Notes under the pieces: generated by a model | Seen by the model: only the letters and a program-made list of their open reading frames with translations | What the model was told of the DNA's origin: nothing | The model's database searches: none | Translations under genes and position numbers: made by a program | Assembly: GCA_965205505.1 (NCBI GenBank) | Contig: CBDBHB010000009.1 | Coordinates: 1,760,001 to 1,824,000 of the forward strand | Direction of reading: 5' to 3' | Length of the DNA stretch: 64,000 nucleotides | Source of the DNA: Acidobacteriota bacterium | GTDB lineage: Bacteria; Acidobacteriota; UBA890; WLXD01 | Shown here: in pieces, positions 51,833-62,928 of the stretch | Numbering within the stretch: position 1 is the first letter of the stretch | How the letters are laid out: each line of letters starts with the position of its first letter

Positions 51833-51935
51833 GGGAGGTCCGTTCGGAGGAGTAGGGCGTGAAGCGCTCGCGGTGCGTGGACACCGACAACGAGGGTCAG
51901 TGCGATGTGCGCGGTTCGGGAGGGGCCTGTGGTCA

Positions 51936-52688
51936 TTAGATCACCAGTTCGGTGCGCAGGCTACGCACGTCCATTTCGAATTCGATGCCGATCACCGGCG
52001 GCCGGGTGTGATGCAGTCGAACAGCATGGCGACGTGCCGGGCCGAGTCGCTTCCAGAGAAGCTCGTTCAGTAGCAGGTCGACCGGGTGACAGGTATAGAC
52101 ATCCACCGCGTTGACCGATGCCCATGTGCCACCGAGTCCGGTCAGCCGTTCTTCCATAGCGTCCATGACGTGCGCTGCTTTCTCGAGCATGGCACGGGGA
52201 TCGACTTGACCCCGGCGGACAATGGCTGCCTCGTCGAGGCTGCCTTCCCGCAACTCTCCGGCGCCGGCGACCACCAGCGTCGCGGGCCGATCGGCCGCAG
52301 CCTCGACGGTGTAGGAAAAGGCGTGCAGCGTCACGTTACTCGGAGGGTCCTCGACCGGCGCGACATTGGTGCGGGCGACGGGATTCGCACCGTCAACGTA
52401 GAGATCCCAGGACGCGAGCACCTCACAGTATTCCCGGTTGAAGTCGATGAACCCCTGCATTGTGAAGGGTGCGGGTGACCGAAGCTCCATGCCGCAGAGG
52501 GCGTGGCGGTCTCTTGCCATTTCCCGCAGCTGCGTTTCGACGCGGTCAAAACCCGTCCGCCAGGGCAAGGGCTCGGCCAGCGTGGCACGCACGATCTCCC
52601 ACCCGTCGTCCGCGACGACACCGCACGAGTAGGGGGCAATGCCCTTGAGGAATCTGTAGTGCCCTTCGGGTTTGTGTATGAGCATCAT
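51936..52688 (-). CDS. CnbZ-like (aminomuconate deaminase family) protein
   Basis: YRF..GI.PYS.GV, ELRSPAPFT..GF..FN, NPVARTNV, HAFSY. Confidence 0.7.
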   Translation of the reverse strand: MMLIHKPEGHYRFLKGIAPYSCGVVADDGWEIVRATLAEPLPWRTGFDRVETQLREMARDRHALCGMELRSPAPFTMQGFIDFNREYCEVLASWDLYVDGANPVARTNVAPVEDPPSNVTLHAFSYTVEAAADRPATLVVAGAGELREGSLDEAAIVRRGQVDPRAMLEKAAHVMDAMEERLTGLGGTWASVNAVDVYTCHPVDLLLNELLWKRLGPARRHAVRLHHTRPPVIGIEFEMDVRSLRTELVI

Positions 52689-52827
52689 GAATTACGAATC
52701 GTCACCGGACCACCGCCCAACTTGCCGTAACCAGGCCCGCCACACTTCCACCACGGGAGGGCCGACGCCGGAGGTGGCCAGTCCCGCGGCCACCCAGCAA
52801 TATGCAACGAACCTCTGTTACAGGAAA

Positions 52828-53217
52828 CTAGAGGCGCTTCTTGGTCTCGGGAACCACTGTCGTGCCTATGGCCCGACACACGAGGACAGGGTCCTTCAGC
52901 ACATCCGCGGCCGAATCGTTCACATCCGGCCGAATGCCGATGACCTTGTAGGCTTCGAATTCACAACGTCGCGACGTGTTACCGATCTTGATGATGCGGC
53001 CCTTGGCCTCGATAAAGTCGCCGCTGTAGACAGGGGCCAGAAACTCCACTTCATCGTAGCTGCGAAACAGGCCCTCATCGCCGTCCTGTTGGATGGCGAG
53101 CTCGGTGATCAAATCGCCGAAGAGCTCGAGCACCTTGGCGCCGGCTACCAGGGTTCCACCGTAGTGGGCATCGCGGGCTGACATGCGCACGCGCAACACT
53201 GCCTCTTTCGGCATCAT
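52828..53217 (-). CDS. kal: 3-aminobutyryl-CoA/beta-alanyl-CoA ammonia-lyase-like hotdog protein
   Basis: RVRMS..DAHYGG.LV.G, DGDEGLF..Y..VEFLAPV..GDFIE, GNTSR. Confidence 0.8.
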   Translation of the reverse strand: MMPKEAVLRVRMSARDAHYGGTLVAGAKVLELFGDLITELAIQQDGDEGLFRSYDEVEFLAPVYSGDFIEAKGRIIKIGNTSRRCEFEAYKVIGIRPDVNDSAADVLKDPVLVCRAIGTTVVPETKKRL

Positions 53218-55301
53218 TCCTCTCCTTTTTCGTCCTTGGTGACGGCCAGGGCGTCCACAGCCACGGCGCGGCCGCCCGTGATGATGACCGGATTGGCCTC
53301 AATTTCGAGCAGCCGATCCGCAAGATCAAATCCGATCCACGAGAAGCGATCCACCGCTCCAGCCAGCGCACGCAGCTCCGACTTCGACAGATTGGCTGAA
53401 GCTTGAGCCGACGCCTCGGCAGCGGCGTCCTTGGCCTCGCCCTGGCGGAGCGGAAGCATGCGGAACTTCGAAACACCCGAAACGTTGCCGCCGCCGGGCC
53501 GTACAGTTATCGCCGGTCCGTAGACGGGATCCACGGTTACGCCGACCAAGAACTCCGTCCCTGCCGGGAGCTGTTCCTGAACAAGCAGACTGCCGCCGAT
53601 GCCGAGCTCCCGTGCGCGATCCAGCACTTCTTGGGCGGCCACCTCGACTTCCGCCGGTGACTCGAGCCGCAGCTTTACGAGACCCTCGCGCGCCTTGTGC
53701 GACACCTGGGCACAGACGAGCTTCACCACCACACGGCCGCCGATCTGCTCGGCGCGATCCGCCGCCTGCTCGGCAGTATCCGTGACGAGCTCGCGGGGCC
53801 GCTCGATGTCGTACGCGGCAAAGATCCGGGCGCTGGCTGTCTCATCGAGCACGCCCTGGGGGATCGAGATGTCGGGCCTATCGACGCTGCGCTTGGAGGT
53901 GGGTCGCTGCTGTCGAGAAATGCTGATCAGGCCAGCAATCGCGATGGCCGACGCGGCGTGGCCTTGCAGCACGGTGACACCATGTTCAGCTAGCAGCGTC
54001 GCCGTGCGTGGAGGATACGAGAACGGGGTTGCGAGCACGGAGATGACAGGCTTGCCACTCGAACGCTGTACCTCCGCCGCGTGCTTCAGGATCACGTTGA
54101 GCAGGGAGCCGTCCGGATCGCGGCGACTGGGCGCGACGTCGATTACGACCATACCCACCGCCGGGTCAGCCGCCAACGCGTCGATCGTGCCGCAGTAGAT
54201 CGCGCTGTCGAAGACCGCCTGGCCGGTTACGTCGAGCGGATTCCGGGGCTCGGTGAAGTCTGGCAGGATCTCCCGCAGCGCGGCGGTTGTTTCCCGGCTG
54301 AATTCACCGAGAGTGACCTCGGCATCGTCGAGTGCATCGGCGAAGAGTGTGCAGTTCCCGCCGGACTGCATGGCGACGGCGACGGTGCCACGAATGCGTG
54401 CTGGGGAGCTCTCGAGCAGGAGGGCGGTCTCGAAGAGTGCGATGGGGTCGTGAACCACCACGGCGCCGCGTCGACGCAGGAAGGCGTCGCGCAGTGTCGT
54501 ATCGTCCAGAAGCTCTCCGGTGTGCGCAATCATCGACCGACGCGCGGCTTCAGCCGCCACGCGTGGGCAGCACACCACAACGTGCTTGCCCGCCTGCGCC
54601 ATGGCGTCGAGACCTCTCTCCAGACGGGATACGTTGCGGACCGTCTCGACGTAACACGCGACGACGGAGGTGGCCTCGTCGGTTGCGGCCCAGTGGAGCA
54701 TGTCTCCAATGTCGAGGGTGGCCTCCACGCCGACCCCGGTGACGAGTCGCAGGCCGACACGGCGATCGCCTGCCATGTGCGCGAATGTCCATGCCGTGGT
54801 GCCGCTCTGGGAGAACATCGAGATCGACCCGACGCTGCAGCTCGGAGGCATCTCGGCCCCGTAGCTCGCGACACGATCGCGATAGTTGATGAAGCCCTCG
54901 ACGTTGGGTCCCAGCACGGCGACGTTGCTCGCCTTGGCGACGGCGACGAGCGCCTCCTGGATCTCGGCGCCTTCGCTTCCAGCGTCTCGGAAGCCGCTGG
55001 AGACCACCATTGCCGCCGGGATACCGGCCGCGCCACACGCCGCTACGGCGTCGACGGCCGCGCTGGCGGGGATCGCTATAATCGCCAGGTCGACTTCGTG
55101 GCGAATCTCCGCGAGGCTCTTGTAGGCATCCCGGTCCCAAACGCTCGGCCGTCTCGGGTTGACCGGAAAAATCTCGCCCCGGAATCCGAAGCTCTGGAGA
55201 TTGTTGTAGATCTCGAGCGTCCAGGAGCTGGCACGATCGCTCGCGCCGACGATCGCAATCGTCCGGGGATTCAACAGTACATCAAGCTGGGTCGTGTTCA
55301 C
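53214..55301 (-). CDS. ADP-forming acyl-CoA synthetase (acetate-CoA ligase family)
   Basis: IAIVGAS, GPN, SQSG, AHTG phospho-His, NPLD, ATP-grasp with EANP. Confidence 0.88.
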   Translation of the reverse strand: MNTTQLDVLLNPRTIAIVGASDRASSWTLEIYNNLQSFGFRGEIFPVNPRRPSVWDRDAYKSLAEIRHEVDLAIIAIPASAAVDAVAACGAAGIPAAMVVSSGFRDAGSEGAEIQEALVAVAKASNVAVLGPNVEGFINYRDRVASYGAEMPPSCSVGSISMFSQSGTTAWTFAHMAGDRRVGLRLVTGVGVEATLDIGDMLHWAATDEATSVVACYVETVRNVSRLERGLDAMAQAGKHVVVCCPRVAAEAARRSMIAHTGELLDDTTLRDAFLRRRGAVVVHDPIALFETALLLESSPARIRGTVAVAMQSGGNCTLFADALDDAEVTLGEFSRETTAALREILPDFTEPRNPLDVTGQAVFDSAIYCGTIDALAADPAVGMVVIDVAPSRRDPDGSLLNVILKHAAEVQRSSGKPVISVLATPFSYPPRTATLLAEHGVTVLQGHAASAIAIAGLISISRQQRPTSKRSVDRPDISIPQGVLDETASARIFAAYDIERPRELVTDTAEQAADRAEQIGGRVVVKLVCAQVSHKAREGLVKLRLESPAEVEVAAQEVLDRARELGIGGSLLVQEQLPAGTEFLVGVTVDPVYGPAITVRPGGGNVSGVSKFRMLPLRQGEAKDAAAEASAQASANLSKSELRALAGAVDRFSWIGFDLADRLLEIEANPVIITGGRAVAVDALAVTKDEKGEE

Positions 55302-55512
55302 GGGGTGAGTTTCTCTGCGTTGGACTTGGCTGACGCGCTATCGGCGAAACTGCCCGCCGTCGAAGGAGTCGAGCAACGATCGAGAATCGGCTGGCCAGCG
55401 GCGCGCAATCCCACATGTGGTGGCGGAACCGCGGTGGCCTCCTAGATCCTGCAAATCGACGCCGAGATTGCTTGGCCTCAGCTGCTAAGAACCGACTTAT
55501 TTGACAGTACCC

Positions 55513-56118
55513 TCAGAGCAGTTCGACGACGATTTCAGTTGGTCCACCGGGCGCATTGATCGCCCAACCAGGCCCCTCCAGGTCGTAAGGGCACGAGGAG
55601 ACGGCACAGATGAGCTCCATGCGGGCCTTGAGCACGACGTAGCCGCCGGGCTTGACCACGGGCGCAACCGGCGTATTGAACATGAATCCGTTCTCCACCG
55701 TCGTGTTGGTGAAGAGGTTCACCGCGAGGGGGGTCATGGTGATCTCGTGGCCAACTTCACGCATGGCGATCTCGAGGTTTTCGGCGCAGCTCCTGTGATG
55801 ACCCTCGACGCCGAACTGCTTGTACCGGATAGCGTCGCAGGGGGCGATGATCAGGTCATGGATGCCATCGGCTCCGTCCTCGACAAAATCGAGCATCGGC
55901 TGCCGGAGGCGACTGAGGAAAGTGTCGCCGACTCGTGGGTGCAGCGAGCGTGTCGGCATCCAGGTGTGCGGCGGCGACAACCACTCGCTGATGTCGTCGG
56001 CGCGGAAGGCGAAGAGGTCGGCGGACTGCTGCCCCTTGGGGGTGATGATGCGCAGGTGCTGGCCCTCGGTGACGTGAAACGCGCGGCCCTCCCCGGCTGG
56101 AACAACCAGTGTTTCCAT
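55513..56118 (-). CDS. DUF1989 urea-carboxylase-associated family protein
   Basis: GQQSADL, HDL...C, C..N, NLF, SSCP. Confidence 0.85.
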   Translation of the reverse strand: METLVVPAGEGRAFHVTEGQHLRIITPKGQQSADLFAFRADDISEWLSPPHTWMPTRSLHPRVGDTFLSRLRQPMLDFVEDGADGIHDLIIAPCDAIRYKQFGVEGHHRSCAENLEIAMREVGHEITMTPLAVNLFTNTTVENGFMFNTPVAPVVKPGGYVVLKARMELICAVSSCPYDLEGPGWAINAPGGPTEIVVELL

Positions 56119-56402
56119 GTGCTTGAATCTCTCTTTCGCCGTGATGTCCAGACGATCGTCGAGACTAACAACTGCTACCGGTCTCCATGTGGTTGCATCA
56201 GTCTGCGTTTGGCGCCGCCGCGAGCCGCTATCTTGACACCGTTTCCCAAGCGACGTCGTCATGGTCGGTGTAGCCACAGCGCTTTCGGTGGGTGGTCCTG
56301 GCGCCATCTTCTGGATGTGGGTGATGGCGCTGTTACGCGCCGCCCAACCTGGCGCAGTCTTGTCGCGCGTTTTGATCGAAGACGTTTGAAAGGAAGTGTC
56401 CA

Positions 56403-57863
56403 ATGTCTATTCGAATTGCTTCGCTGTTGATCGTTCCTGTGTCTGTTTTGTTCTGTTCCTGTAGCTCTGAAAGAGACGCAGCATCGACCGAAACGGCGAC
56501 GACCGAAGCACAAGCGCAGGAAGAGGACGACCTGAAGGAATGGAATCATCGGATTCGTCGGGACAAATTCGACATCGTCCTGCCTGAAGTCATGCGGAAG
56601 AACGATGTCGACATGTGGATTCACGTGATGAGAGAGGCCATTCCGGATCCCTTCGGTGCGGAAGACTTGGGGAGTACCTCCGGTGTTTTCATCTTCACGG
56701 ACCGTGGCGGCGACCGGATCGAACGGGCGGTTCTCGGACGTCGCTGGGGAGCTTCGCATGCCGGAGAAACATGGAGGGTGACTTGGGAGACTGAGTCGGT
56801 CGAGGAATCGGGAGCCTACGACATACTCCACGATCCGGTTCTGGTGAAGCAGCCGCCGGGAGGGCCGGAGACGGAATATGACTATCGATTCCAGGGCCTC
56901 GGAGAATTCGTCCAAGCACGCGATCCCGAACGCATTGCTCTCAATTTCAAGTTCGACCTGGGGCCCTATCCCACCACGACACGAGCACAAGACGGCCTCT
57001 CGTATACGGACTACCTGCTATTGGCCGCGGAGCTCGGCGAAAAATACGCCAGCCGGATCGTCTCGTCTGAATTCGTGATGATGGAGTACATAGCCACACC
57101 GGTGCCAAGCGAGATCGAGTTGCTCAAGAAGCTGCGCGCGGCCGAGGTTGAGCGTGTAAAGAGCACCTTTGAGGAGATCGTGCCGGGCGTAACAAGGAAT
57201 CGCGACGTGGGGTTGACCGTTTTTCGCCGTAGAGGCACGGGAGTCTCACAAAGGGGACGGACTCCAGGTCACCAGGATGTTGCGATCCAGGGAGGCGACA
57301 TCGTTGCCGCCCCGAGCCAGGGAATGTATGCCTATGTGCTGCGTGAAGGAGAGACGGAACCGCCTCCAGAGATCAAGGAAGTCTGGGCAGAGTACCGAAG
57401 AATCGATCAGATCCTGGCAGAGAACATCAAGGTGGGCCTTACCCCTCGTGAAATAGTCAAGAACTACACGGCGATACTCGAAGAGGAAGGGATAATTCTC
57501 AGGGACGAGCAGTTGCATTTGTTCACCCCAAGGAACGAGTTTTCCGCTTATACCGCAGGCTTTGAGCCTCACAAGACCCACCTCAATATCGACTGTCATG
57601 GCATGGGGAAAGGAGCGCGCGCCAGGACCTTCGAGAACTATTTTGGCCCGAGGATTGGCTCTAACGGTCCCGAATGGATGTGGGACATACCGCTCCCACC
57701 CAATCACCACTTCGTTCTGGAGTACTTCATCTATATGCCGTGGGCTTCCAGCGAACACGAAGACCAATATTTACTCTGGTGGGATCATGAGCAGGCGATT
57801 GCCACCGAAAGTGGAGTCGAATACTTGTCTCCGCCACAAGAGGAGCTCTATCTCATCGAATAG
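56403..57863 (+). CDS. M24 (Xaa-Pro peptidase-like) lipoprotein
   Basis: lipobox-like FCSC, LPEVMRKN.VDMWI, HGMG, late E..HE. Confidence 0.65.
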   Translation: MSIRIASLLIVPVSVLFCSCSSERDAASTETATTEAQAQEEDDLKEWNHRIRRDKFDIVLPEVMRKNDVDMWIHVMREAIPDPFGAEDLGSTSGVFIFTDRGGDRIERAVLGRRWGASHAGETWRVTWETESVEESGAYDILHDPVLVKQPPGGPETEYDYRFQGLGEFVQARDPERIALNFKFDLGPYPTTTRAQDGLSYTDYLLLAAELGEKYASRIVSSEFVMMEYIATPVPSEIELLKKLRAAEVERVKSTFEEIVPGVTRNRDVGLTVFRRRGTGVSQRGRTPGHQDVAIQGGDIVAAPSQGMYAYVLREGETEPPPEIKEVWAEYRRIDQILAENIKVGLTPREIVKNYTAILEEEGIILRDEQLHLFTPRNEFSAYTAGFEPHKTHLNIDCHGMGKGARARTFENYFGPRIGSNGPEWMWDIPLPPNHHFVLEYFIYMPWASSEHEDQYLLWWDHEQAIATESGVEYLSPPQEELYLIE

Positions 57864-57959
57864 AGGCGAGACGGTCAGGAGATCCTCTTCAACGCCCACC
57901 GCCATCGACTCGCTCGACCTCACCAATACTGTTGGTGAGGGACGTGGTTGCGTCTGCCA

Positions 57960-58115
57960 ACTATTAGCTACGAACGCTTCTGGGGCGAGCCTCCAGGCTT
58001 TTGTATCCTTTCACGTGACGATTACCACTTGATGCTCGGTCAAGTCGAAGACCCCAAATTTATCGTTCCACACTACGAAGCGGTACGAAAAATGTGGAAC
58101 ATATATTTCTGGGTG
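57960..58115 (+). pseudogene. VOC/glyoxalase fragment
   Basis: FWGEPPGFCILSRD..LML..IYFWV, truncated before the IS. Confidence 0.5.
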
Positions 58116-58141
58116 ACCTTCCAACTGGCCCCAACTCACCG

Positions 58142-59412
58142 TGACCTGCCCGCCAATAATCGGGCCAGTTTGAGAGTTAGGAATTGAGGCTCTCAGGAAG
58201 GCTCGGGAAGGGGGAGAAATGGCCCGGAAGCGATACACGGTAGAGCAGATCATCGCCAAGCTCAGGGAGGCAGAGATCGAGCTGGCGCAAGGAGCCAAGA
58301 CGCCGGAAGCGTGCCGGAAGCTGGGCATCAGCGAGAACACGTAGTACCGGTGGCGTAAGGAGTACGGCGGGCTGAGGGTGGATCAGGCACGGCGACTCAA
58401 GGAGCTGGAGCGCGAGAACGGGCGGCTCAAGAAGCTGCTGGCGGAAACGATGCTCGACAACGCCATCCTCAAAGAGGTGTCGTCGGGAAACTTCTGAGCC
58501 CGGCGCGCCGGAGCCGGGCAGTGCGACACGCACAGCAGTCGCAGGGGGTGTCGGAGAGGCGAGCCTGCCGAGTGCTGGGCCAGGTGCGCTCGACGCAGCA
58601 ATATCGGCCCAAGGCGCCTGGAGACGAAACACCGCTGGTGAAGCGAATGACCGAACTGGCGACGCAGTACGGACGCTACGGGTACCGTCGGATCACGGCT
58701 CTGATGGAACGCGAAGGGTGGCGGGTGAACCACAAGAGGATCGAACGGTTATGGCGTCGTGAAGGACTGAAGGTACCGAAAAAGCAGCCCAAGCGCGGAC
58801 GCTTGTGGCTCAACGATGGATCGTGCGTGCGGCTGAGGCCGGAAAGGAAAGATCACGTGTGGGCCTATGACTTCGTGCACGAACGAACTCACGACGGGCG
58901 AGCGGTTCGTCTGCTGACGATCGTGGATGAGTACACCAGGGAGTGCTTGGCCATCGATGTGGCGCGCAGGCTCAACTCCGAGAACGTGTTGGATCGACTC
59001 GCTGAGCTGTTCGTGAACCGTGGTGTTTCCGACCACATCCGCTCCGACAACGGACCGGAGTTCACTTCTCGGGTAGTGCGTGGCTGGCTCGAGCGGGTCG
59101 GTGTGAAGACGTTGTTCATCGAGCCCGGCTCGCCGTGGGAAAATGGCTATGTGGAGAGCTTCAACGGCAAGCTACGCGACGAGCTGCTGAACGGGGAGAT
59201 CTTCTACACGCTCAAGGAGGCGCAGAGCTTGGTGCAAGCCTGGCGCCGCAAATACAACCAGGTGCGGCCACACAGCTCGTTGGGCTATCGGCCGCCTGCA
59301 CCGAAAGCGACGTTGTTGCAGCCGGCTACGCTCCGCTCCGCCGGCTGCAACAACCTCTTGCCAGCACCGATTCTATGAGTTACGAAGTGGCCTCAACACT
59401 TGGGGCAGGTCA
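58142..59412 (+). mobile_element. IS3-family insertion sequence (IS407-like)
   Basis: terminal IRs TGACCTGCCC.. / ..GGGCAGGTCA; orfA 58219-58497 and orfB in the -1 frame with a GGGAAAC slippery site at 58485. Confidence 0.93.
58219..59378 (+). pseudogene. IS3 transposase OrfAB with a premature TAG in orfA
   Basis: SENT-TAG-YRWRKEYGG at 58342; DDE motifs WAYDF, SDNGPEF, ESFNG. Confidence 0.85.
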
Positions 59413-60108
59413 GATCATGCGAGCCGTCGCGAACGTGCTTGGCGCGGCTATCGAGCGACAGCAAGTCGACGAGCAGGTTCGGGAGAGGCGAACGCTGTTG
59501 TCGAATGTGCTGAACAGTGCCGCAGATGCGATCGTCTCGTTCGACGAGGAGTGGCGAGTCATGATCTTCAACGTCGAAGCTCAGAGGATCTTCGGCTACG
59601 AGGCCGACGAGATTCTGGGGCGATCTCTCGACCTACTCCTTCCGATCAACCCAAGCACAGCGCCCCGTGAGCTCTCGCGCGCTGAAGGGGACGCAACCGA
59701 GCCCGCCCTCGCGATGGGGGTTCTCAACTGCGTGTGTGTGGACGTCGTAAGGACGACAGCACGTTTCCGGTACAGGTCGGGGTTTCGAAAACGGTGGTGA
59801 GCGGTCGCCCGATCTTCACGGCGGTGGTGCACGAAGTTGCCGAGCGCGAAGGGCTGGCAAAGCAGCTACCTGTTGCGCAGAAACTCGACGCTGTCAGACA
59901 ACAGGCCGGGGACATTGCCCATGGTCTCAACAACCTGCTTACCGGCATTGCCGGCTTTGCCGACCTCGCGCAGGAGGCTGTCGGCCCGCAACATCCTGCG
60001 TTCGAGGACATCGCGGAGGTCATCAGGTCGGCAGAAAAAGCAGCGGCACTGACCCGAGAGCTAGTCGCGCTCGGCGGCCTGCAAGTGCTGCAGCGGGTGC
60101 AGAAGTAG
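59413..60108 (+). pseudogene. GAF/PAS/HisKA sensor kinase fragment
   Basis: DAIV..FN..AQRIFGY, IAH..NNLL; frameshifted and truncated. Confidence 0.7.
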
Positions 60109-60189
60109 GCGACACATCCGCTTTCTGGCGGGACGCTGAGGGGCGGCGATAAGCTCAAAGCCCAACGGCGCGACGTGAGATGAGCCCAT

Positions 60190-60700
60190 TCATCCGGCGC
60201 GGGGTGGGTCACTGTCTAGGCAACCGCGGACGGCGCGTGCCAGGTCTGCCTTCATGAAGGGTTTACGGAGGACCGGAACCTGCATCTTCTCTACGCTGGG
60301 ATCATCCGTCACGCGGCTCGGGAAGCCCGACATGAGAAGCACCTTCACGTTACGCATCTTTGACTGCGCGATCGAGATGGTTTCGGCGCCGTCAAGAGCG
60401 CCAGGCATGATCATGTCGCTCAGGACGAGGTCGATCCGCCCTTGTGAGTCGATCAGCTCGATCGCCTTCTCGGCCAACACTCGGTCGCTGATATCTTGGA
60501 TGAAACCCACGGGGCGGCCGTATGAGCCGTCTTCCGCCGGGATCGCCACCTCCACTTCGCGCACTTGGAGCATTGGCCCGTTCACCGGAAGGAACCGGTA
60601 CTCGATGACCGCTTCAGATTCCCGGTTCAGGAGGAGGAAGTCCCAAAAACGATGGTAGCGCTCACGGTCGTCGGGATGGACGAACTCCAGATCGGCTTCT
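60190..60700 (-). pseudogene. PAS fragment joined to a receiver-domain fragment
   Basis: GFIQDISDR followed by DLVLSDMIMPG..SGF..KPF. Confidence 0.6.
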
Positions 60701-60879
60701 AGCAGGCCGTGGTGAAAGTGTGGTGGGTCTGGTTACGGGGGCATCGCCTGTGTCAGGCCGCCTTGCATCTGGCCCCAAATCGCCGTAACCCTTCGGGCAA
60801 CAGGGGATTGCGCGCGTATGCTGCGTCGTTCCTCGTCAACGATGGGGTTACCATCGCCTCCTCCTCTCTCCTTGCCTCC

Positions 60880-61131
60880 ACTTCGCAAGACCCTGTCGCC
60901 AAACCCACCACACTTTCACCACGGCCTGCTAGAGACGTCACCCGCCGCATGTACTCTTCGACCGAGAGGCCGTGGAGTCTGGCCAGCTCTGGAGAACAGT
61001 AGAGCAACTTGTCCTCGACCAGGTCCCATTCCCAGTGACCCAACCTGGCGAGATGCTCGGTCTGTTCCGAGAGGTGCCGAGCTTTCCGGAGGTCGTCCAC
61101 GGAAACTCGGGTTCGATCGTCTGAGGACATG
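60880..61131 (-). pseudogene. PAS-domain fragment
   Basis: ARLGHWEWDL..SPELARLHGL. Confidence 0.5.
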
Positions 61132-61399
61132 AAGCTCCGCGCTCGATGAATTCTCACGAAGCGAAAAAGTTCTCGTCCCTGCCAATAACGTCGGCTGCTC
61201 CGCAATGGGAGGCTAATCTGCCGGCCGACTCGGGACAAGCGAACTCGGCTCGGCTCGGCTCGGCCTGGACTAGCCCGGAGAGTTTGCCGGCGTCCGTCTC
61301 ACCGGTGCCGGCGAGAACCCGGCCAATTGGCTTGGGATCGGCGGGGAAGGGAAGGAACAAGCGGGACGCGCCGCGAGTGGGGCAGTGGGCGTCGGGTGT

Positions 61400-62386
61400 T
61401 CAGTTGCCTTCCACGAAGCTTCTCAAGCTATTCAATAAGTTGTCCTCTACGTCGATTTCATCACAGTCAAGTCTTTGTGATCTGATCTTGTCGCCGCGCT
61501 CCCCTGGAATCAGGACTTCCTCGACTCCTTCAAGTCTCTTTGCCTGCTTTATTGCCTCAGTCATTTTGGTGGTTTCTTCGATAAAGCGCTGCATTCCAAT
61601 CATGGCGTCAGGGTTAATCGCTATTACAACGTTCCCATCGTTGTCGCTCTTGTTTAGAAAATCACCACCCACTAGGGCACCGCCTATGATCTGAACCATC
61701 AAGGCAAGCCCGGCGCCCTTGAATCCCTTATCAAACGGTCTTATCGCTCCTTTCATTATTTCAGCAGGGTTTGTTGTTTCATTTCCATCCTTGTCATAGC
61801 CAAGCCCTTCGGCTACTTGGACTCCTTGTGTTTTTGCCTCCACGAGGCCGAAAAAGGAGATACCTGATGATGACATGTCTAAAACAATCGGTTCGTGTTC
61901 AGTAGGAACACCCCAGGCTATTGGATTGGTACAAAACAAAGGCTCATAAGAGCCACTAGGAGGTACCATCGCATAAGGGTAGCTGGACATGGTAATACCA
62001 ACCAAACCTGCGTCCGCAATCCTGCGTGACCAGTAACCGATGGCGCCAGAGGACCCATCACCCGTATGTGTCCCTACTATTGCTATACCCATGTCCTTAG
62101 CTTTGGCTATGACCATGGTTACGGCTAGTTCCATGGCAATGGCCTCCATGGAATAGTTAGCATTGATTATTGCAGTAGCTGGAGTTTCAGTTTCTATAGT
62201 TGGGGGTTGTGCCTTGTCATGTCTTGGCATTCCGTCGCCAATCAACTTGACGATGCCTTGATCATTACCTCGCAGTTGGGCATACATAAGCATCTCTAAG
62301 ATTACGTGGGTATCGGCTTCTGAGTAGCCGTACTTGAGGATTGCCCGTTTGGACAGGTCTCTTAGTTCTTTGATTGAAAGCTTCAC
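61400..62386 (-). CDS. Ldh_2 (malate/L-lactate dehydrogenase-like) oxidoreductase, low GC
   Basis: AQLRG..QG, TNPI, LDMS, GFKG.GL, IPGER; GTG start after AGGAG. Confidence 0.85.
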   Translation of the reverse strand: MKLSIKELRDLSKRAILKYGYSEADTHVILEMLMYAQLRGNDQGIVKLIGDGMPRHDKAQPPTIETETPATAIINANYSMEAIAMELAVTMVIAKAKDMGIAIVGTHTGDGSSGAIGYWSRRIADAGLVGITMSSYPYAMVPPSGSYEPLFCTNPIAWGVPTEHEPIVLDMSSSGISFFGLVEAKTQGVQVAEGLGYDKDGNETTNPAEIMKGAIRPFDKGFKGAGLALMVQIIGGALVGGDFLNKSDNDGNVVIAINPDAMIGMQRFIEETTKMTEAIKQAKRLEGVEEVLIPGERGDKIRSQRLDCDEIDVEDNLLNSLRSFVEGN

Positions 62387-62928
62387 AATCGTCTCCTGCT
62401 CGTGCTCCTGATCATAAGTACGGTGACGTTTGCAGGAGCGAGATGCGGGCGAGATCAAGGAAGGGTGAGGAAGGCGATGCCTTAGCCATCCTCGAGGAGC
62501 CCTGACGCCGAGATCGCCCGCATATCGCTCCTGCCCTCCGGGTGGCCGCGGGACCGGCCACCTTGGGCGTCGCGGCGCCTCGACGATACACCCAGCATCG
62601 CCCTCGTCGCCGCTCCTACAATTCGCCGCGGTCGCGCGCGCCACAAACGTCACCGTACTTATGATCAGGAGCACTGTGTTAGCGGTTGCTGTAATCCTCA
62701 ATTGCTCCTGCGCGCCATGGATCGGCTCCCGCAACCCCTCACCAGCGAGAAGGTCCAGCCTTGGGTGCGCCTCGGAGCCGCTCCAACCGACAGCCAGTAG
62801 GCGGGCAGCCAATGACCGCCTGGCTGGGCTACCTTACTTCAACGACGTACTGCACTAGGATGCCTTCGAGGAGTTCGAGCAGGTAGAGCTCGGTTCAGCG
62901 ACAAGAAGGGGGGGAATTCAGGGATCGC

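Noticed and set aside
56119-56400. Guanidine riboswitch upstream of the DUF1989 gene
   Set aside because: No recognizable ykkC or mini-ykkC consensus by eye; an Rfam scan would be decisive.
58342-58344. Pyrrolysine readthrough of the TAG in IS orfA
   Set aside because: The position is normally Tyr (TAC to TAG), so a simple nonsense change or sequencing error is more likely.
61244-61263. (CTCGG)4 microsatellite
   Set aside because: Short, intergenic, GC-rich context; no evidence of function.
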